A stretch of DNA of 26,120 nucleotides from Rotaria socialis. Taxonomy: Eukaryota. Location of the stretch: positions 310,001 to 336,120 of the forward strand of contig CAJNYD010000020.1 in assembly GCA_905331295.1 (NCBI GenBank). The letters run 5' to 3'. Both the position numbers and the translations under genes were made by a program. The notes beneath the pieces are model-generated. The model saw nothing but the letters and a program-made list of their open reading frames with translations, made no database searches and had not been told where the DNA came from. This document shows positions 21,743 to 26,120 of this stretch, piece by piece. Positions within the stretch are counted from its first letter, which is position 1. Each line of letters starts with the position of its first letter.

Positions 21743-22937
21743 CAGACACTGGACAAGTAAAATTACAGCAAGTAATGTACGAGTATTTTTTACTTAAACA
21801 TGTACTTCGGACTTTACTTGAGTACAATATACTTAAGTACATCATTCAAGTACAAATTGATAAACAGATGCTAATTGCAATAGTTTGAGTTTTAACATCT
21901 TTTATTTTGATCATCTGAAAACGTTTGTAATCGAAATTAAACGATTAATGATAATCAAAATTATTGAATGATTTTATTTCCGATAATTAATTGGTACAAT
22001 ACAATTTTAAGTATGATAATAATAATCGCGAATAGAAAAAGACCACTGGGATCGTAAAACTGAAGCTATTGACAGATTCACTTACTTACACATGCCGAGT
22101 CAATTCTTCCACATATTTATCTCGGTACATCATGAGAATGTAAAAATATAAGCGAACAAGAACTTCAGCGAAGAGTATGTTTCGAATTAATGTTCGCTAT
22201 ATTATAAACCATTTCATTGGTTTTTATCAATTTTTATTACATGTTATTTGAAATCAAACATTTACTCTTCATTTTGGTGTTTATTTTCAAATTATTGAAT
22301 GCTTTCTAATAAACAATTACAGCGTTAGGCATCACATTTTCAGAAAGGATGCAACCAAAGACATATCACATTTCAGCTCATCTGGTATAGTATTATTAAT
22401 TTTTGTGGGCAAAATAAAACATCTTTTTAGAAGCGGGCGTGAATAAGTGATGTAGGAGTGTTCATTTACTATTAATTCAATCCACAAAGAAGCAATTGTG
22501 ATATTTTTTGCGTAGGCCTGTACAGACATAATATCATATCGTAGAATAGCATGCTATTTAAGGGAAAATAAAATATGTGCCACAAAAATTTCATGCAACA
22601 TTAGTGAGATATTTGTCTTATTCGTATTCGAGTATTAGCCAAATACCAAGATAATTTTTCATAGCGTAATTTACTTTTGAATAAACTTTTGAAATACAAG
22701 TAATTTCACTTCTACTGCAAAAAATTACTTTGTCCCAACATTTTTCTAAGAAAAAAGCACAAAAGTATTATGTACTGTACTAAGTATTCACTCTCTGTGC
22801 CTCTATTCATCACTGAAAAATCAATATAATCAATCAGCAACGACATTCAAGTACATTTGTACTAAGTACCGGTACTTAAGATTTTCAAGTAAAAAAGTAC
22901 AAAAGTATCAAGTATACTACTCAGTATCCAGTGTCTG
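21743..22937. mobile_element. Non-autonomous hAT (Tol2-like) DNA transposon
   Basis: Perfect 11-bp TIRs CAGACACTGGA / TCCAGTGTCTG. Dense subterminal AAGTA/AGTAC/TACTT motifs at both ends, as in Tol2-type hATs. The 8-bp flanks match only 4 of 8 (ATCCTAAC / AATGGAAC). Confidence 0.75.
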
Positions 22938-23069
22938 AATGGAACAGTTCAAAAGAAGATAAGAGAGGAAAATTGTTAAATCAATGGAGTGAAAATAATA
23001 ATGCACAATAAATTTCGTGTAGTATTAAATCATTCAAATGCACGTCTCGCAACATGGGCTTTACTTTTT

Positions 23070-24590
23070 CCAATGTAAAAGGTATTACTATGGCAACTTT
23101 GGAATTCGGATCTAGTGATCATTCGCGCCTGATATATAAATCTGAGAAGGTACATTTCAACGCAATAAATAAATTTCCAATAGTTAGATGGAAGACTTAT
23201 GAATTACTTCTTTGCCTTCTTTAATAATACTGGGTGAAGCAATTAGAATACCAAGAATCAATAGAATGATAGAGAGAATATATAAGATTTTTAGTAGCTT
23301 TAAAAAGTCATATAATGGAGTGGCACGGCACACATAAATCAGTAGTGTCAAACTTGAAACTTGAATTCAGTTGAAAATAGAAAATTTCAACTTTCAACTC
23401 ACAGCGATATATGTGTGAGTCACGAAGCTTTATTGGTTTAAAAGTTGAAAATTGAAATTTTCAATTTTCAATTGAATTCAAGTTTCAATTTTGGCATATA
23501 TGATAAATTGAGATCAGGAATTCCAACTTGTAAACAAACGCGTCCCGCATTTCTGCTAGTTACCCATTCAAAAACCTATGGAAAAATCTTACCGGAAGGA
23601 GCACAAGAATGGGCTGTACCTAATTGCATAATACCGACAAAACAATCCGGATTCCGCAATGGTTACTTATTACAAACCAGACTATTTTCAATAAATCAAA
23701 AGATAAAAAAAATAATTTAGCAGGAACTATTACCGACTTGAGGCATCTATGTAGACTATAAAAGGACATAGTATCTGATATGGCATATGGGACTTATTAT
23801 TAAGCTGTTTAAAATGCAAATACCACTAAAATTATTTAAAACACTTATTACTTGACTGACTAATAGAAAAGTCTACATCTCTTTCGGCAACTCACAATCA
23901 TACGTATTTCAGGCTCACATTGGCCTTCAACACGGTAGCTCATTAAACCCATACTTATTCATAATCTATCATGCAGATATAGTAAACAATATTGGAGTTT
24001 TCCCCACACGCCTATTCGCAGATCATCTGAGTACATTAATTATCCCACCAGTACATAAAAACTACCAAGCGATAGTAAAATTTAGTAATTCAGCGGGGTT
24101 GAAATTATTCCAAAATCTTTTCGAATATTCCAGAAAATGGAAGCAGCCGATAAACATTTGAAAGACTGTAGCTCAGATGTTTCACCAAGGAGCAAACGGC
24201 GGATTTTTGGATTTGAAGTCTGCTCTTTCCCCATTGTGTTTTGCTCACAAGTGCACAACAGAAGCCGGCAATTATAATGAACAAAAATAAACTATAAAAA
24301 GTAATATCATTCGAATATTTAGGTTTTACATGGATAGACAAGATCTCTCTGAAACCTATTGTAGACAAAGGTCTCGGAAAAATTCAGAACTGTTACAAGA
24401 AATTAAAATCATTACAACAAAATAAAAATATATCTGCATATGTATTAATAAATTGTTTTTATGCCTGGTTCTTTCGCTTTTTTACTTGGATTTTTCCTTC
24501 TCTTCCAATTCTACCAAACACCGAGTAAGAACTTTTCACGCTGAAATTATAGAGCATATGGCTGCGACTAGTTCATAGATGTCCATTATA
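23070..24590 (+). mobile_element. Decayed non-LTR (LINE, jockey-like) retrotransposon ORF2 with APE endonuclease end and reverse transcriptase
   Basis: Endonuclease end LEFGSSDH (about 23100-23123). RT motifs: QTRPAFLLVTHSK, IIPTKQSGFR, IYVDYKRT*YLIWHMGLIIKL, IGLQHGSSLNPYLF, LFADH (24015-24026; FADD mutated), WKQPIN, FEYLGFTW. Multiple stops and frameshifts. Confidence 0.9.
23340..23502. mobile_element. Palindromic MITE inserted in the LINE remnant
   Basis: About 60-bp inverted arms (..AAACTTGAATTCAGTTGAAAATAGAAAATTTCAAC.. / ..GTTGAAAATTGAAATTTTCAATTTTCAATTGAATTCAAGTTT..). Flanking ATAAAT direct repeat at 23334-39 and 23503-08. Confidence 0.8.
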
Positions 24591-25779
24591 ACAGTTTTGG
24601 GTTATTTGTAATTTATTATTTTATATAATCATGGCAGAAATACACCACAAAGATTAGAGGAGGAGAAAGGAGAGGGAGATAGAATCAAGAATGACTGTTG
24701 ACCCAGTGAAAAATATCCCTCTCAAAATCGTTATTATTTTTGATTATAGCTCAGCAAATCCGATTCCTCGAACCAAACTACCTCTTTTTGTAATATAATC
24801 CGATCAAAATCCAACAATCGATTGAAATTTCAATCTATTCAATCAATTATTGATGATTTTACCCTTTAAAATCTAATTTTAATTGAACAATTGATTGTAA
24901 TCTACCCAATCAAATTGGGTGATGATTAATCGATTTTAATGCATTGTAATTGTATTTAAAACACTAAATATTATAAGTGAATTTGCAAAGCAGTAATGAG
25001 TGCAACTTGAGTCGTTTCCTATATAGTATGTCAGCCCAATGACACATGACTCCCATTATAATTGCAGATGATGCACTTAGCTTATGACTCGAAAACTCAT
25101 TGTCAATATTCTACATATCATTTATTTATCATCAAATTCTAAATTAATTTATATTAAAGGAAAGAGCTATCATTGGTGCCAACTTTCTCGAAGTATTTTT
25201 TCGGCACAATTTTTTTTTCTTATTTTTCATAGCTTTTACCAATACTATTGGCTGTAGTATAAGAACAAATGAAGTAGTATCCTCTTTAATGTTCTTTAAT
25301 GAATAATTGAAACTATAAACACTTTCACTGAAAGATTTCTAATGTGCAGAAAAATAAAAGGAACCGTGAGAGCTTCGCCAATGCTTTCTCAATGAATAGT
25401 CAAGATAGAAACGAAAGAAGAAATCATAGTAAATTATAAGCTAAAATCGAACTTCAATAAATATCACTCGATAAAAAAAGAAGAAATGAATCTCATGTCA
25501 AATCAGGTTCTAGTCAGAATTTTATATTAAAACGGCCTCGATCTAGTTTCATCTCATCTTATTACTGGGCATATATATAACTTTAACTTAGTTAATCTGA
25601 GAATGCATCGAGATAGATGCACGCTGTGTAAACGGAACAAACTTGCAACTCTTGTAAGACTCACAGATCAGAGGGTGCCGTTTAGACAAACTGAATCTCG
25701 TCAGCACTTTTACTATGAAGTAGAGAAACTTGCAAAATTTATTGTCAGTGCTTTATAAGGAACTAGTTAACTCTTGAGT

Positions 25780-26120
25780 CGAAGAAAGAAACCATCTATA
25801 AGGATGCTTTTCGAACTTGTCCCTAGTTCGCATAGACTTAGGTCGGAGTAGCAAATTTCTCATAAGTTCTACTCTTAAAAAATACTGTTAGTTCATCAAC
25901 ATCTACGTTTCTGATACTTTACTTCTTTGCTTAACTATTCAGTTTGAATAAGAAAGTCGACTTTGAAAGATTTTTCAACGGTATTTAGAAACGGTAGCTG
26001 TTGGTGAATTGATGGTACTTCTTAATAATAGAACTGATGAGAAATTTTCAACTCCATCCTAAGTCTATGCAAACTAGGGACAAGTTTGAAAAGTATCCTT
26101 ATAGATGGCTTCTTCCTTCG
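25780..26120. repeat. Long inverted repeat / foldback element running off the window end
   Basis: 25780-25917 (CGAAGAAAGAAACCATCTATAAGGATGCTTTTCGAACTTGTCCCTAGTTCGCATAGACTTAGG...) is the reverse complement of 25980-26120, with mostly transition mismatches. Spacer about 60 bp. Confidence 0.9.

Noticed and set aside
24105..24368. 87-aa minus-strand ORF
   Set aside because: It is an antisense shadow of the decayed LINE RT.
24700..24966. AATC/GATT-rich stretch like a decayed MITE
   Set aside because: TIRs or a TSD could not be defined.
1..26120. Prokaryotic systems (CRISPR arrays, operons), rRNA or tRNA genes
   Set aside because: The genes have spliceosomal introns, and no regularly spaced repeat-spacer array or recognisable rRNA/tRNA was seen.

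Overview
AT-rich eukaryotic genomic DNA with mostly short (about 50-70 bp) GT-AG introns. It is most likely from a bdelloid rotifer; this is inferred from intron size, gene types and Athena/Terminon-type retroelement ends with ACACCC repeats. The left half holds three spliced genes reconstructed by hand with consistent exon phases: a 5'-partial WDR87/WDR97-like WD40 gene (+), a calpain-15/SOL-like protease (-) whose catalytic Asn is replaced by Asp, and a complete TRPV channel (-). The right half is a graveyard of mobile DNA: MITEs, hAT-like non-autonomous elements, foldback palindromes and a decayed LINE. The most striking structure is at 17512-20460. Two co-oriented minimal type I hammerhead ribozymes, each followed by a C-rich telomere-like tail, sit between two ~500 bp direct repeats. 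This reads like a fossil of a chromosome break capped with telomeric repeats and Penelope-like (Athena/Terminon) 3' ends and then rejoined. Single N bases at 351 and 19053 may be scaffold joins, so contiguity across them needs checking. All alignments and folds were done by eye; no database searches were run.
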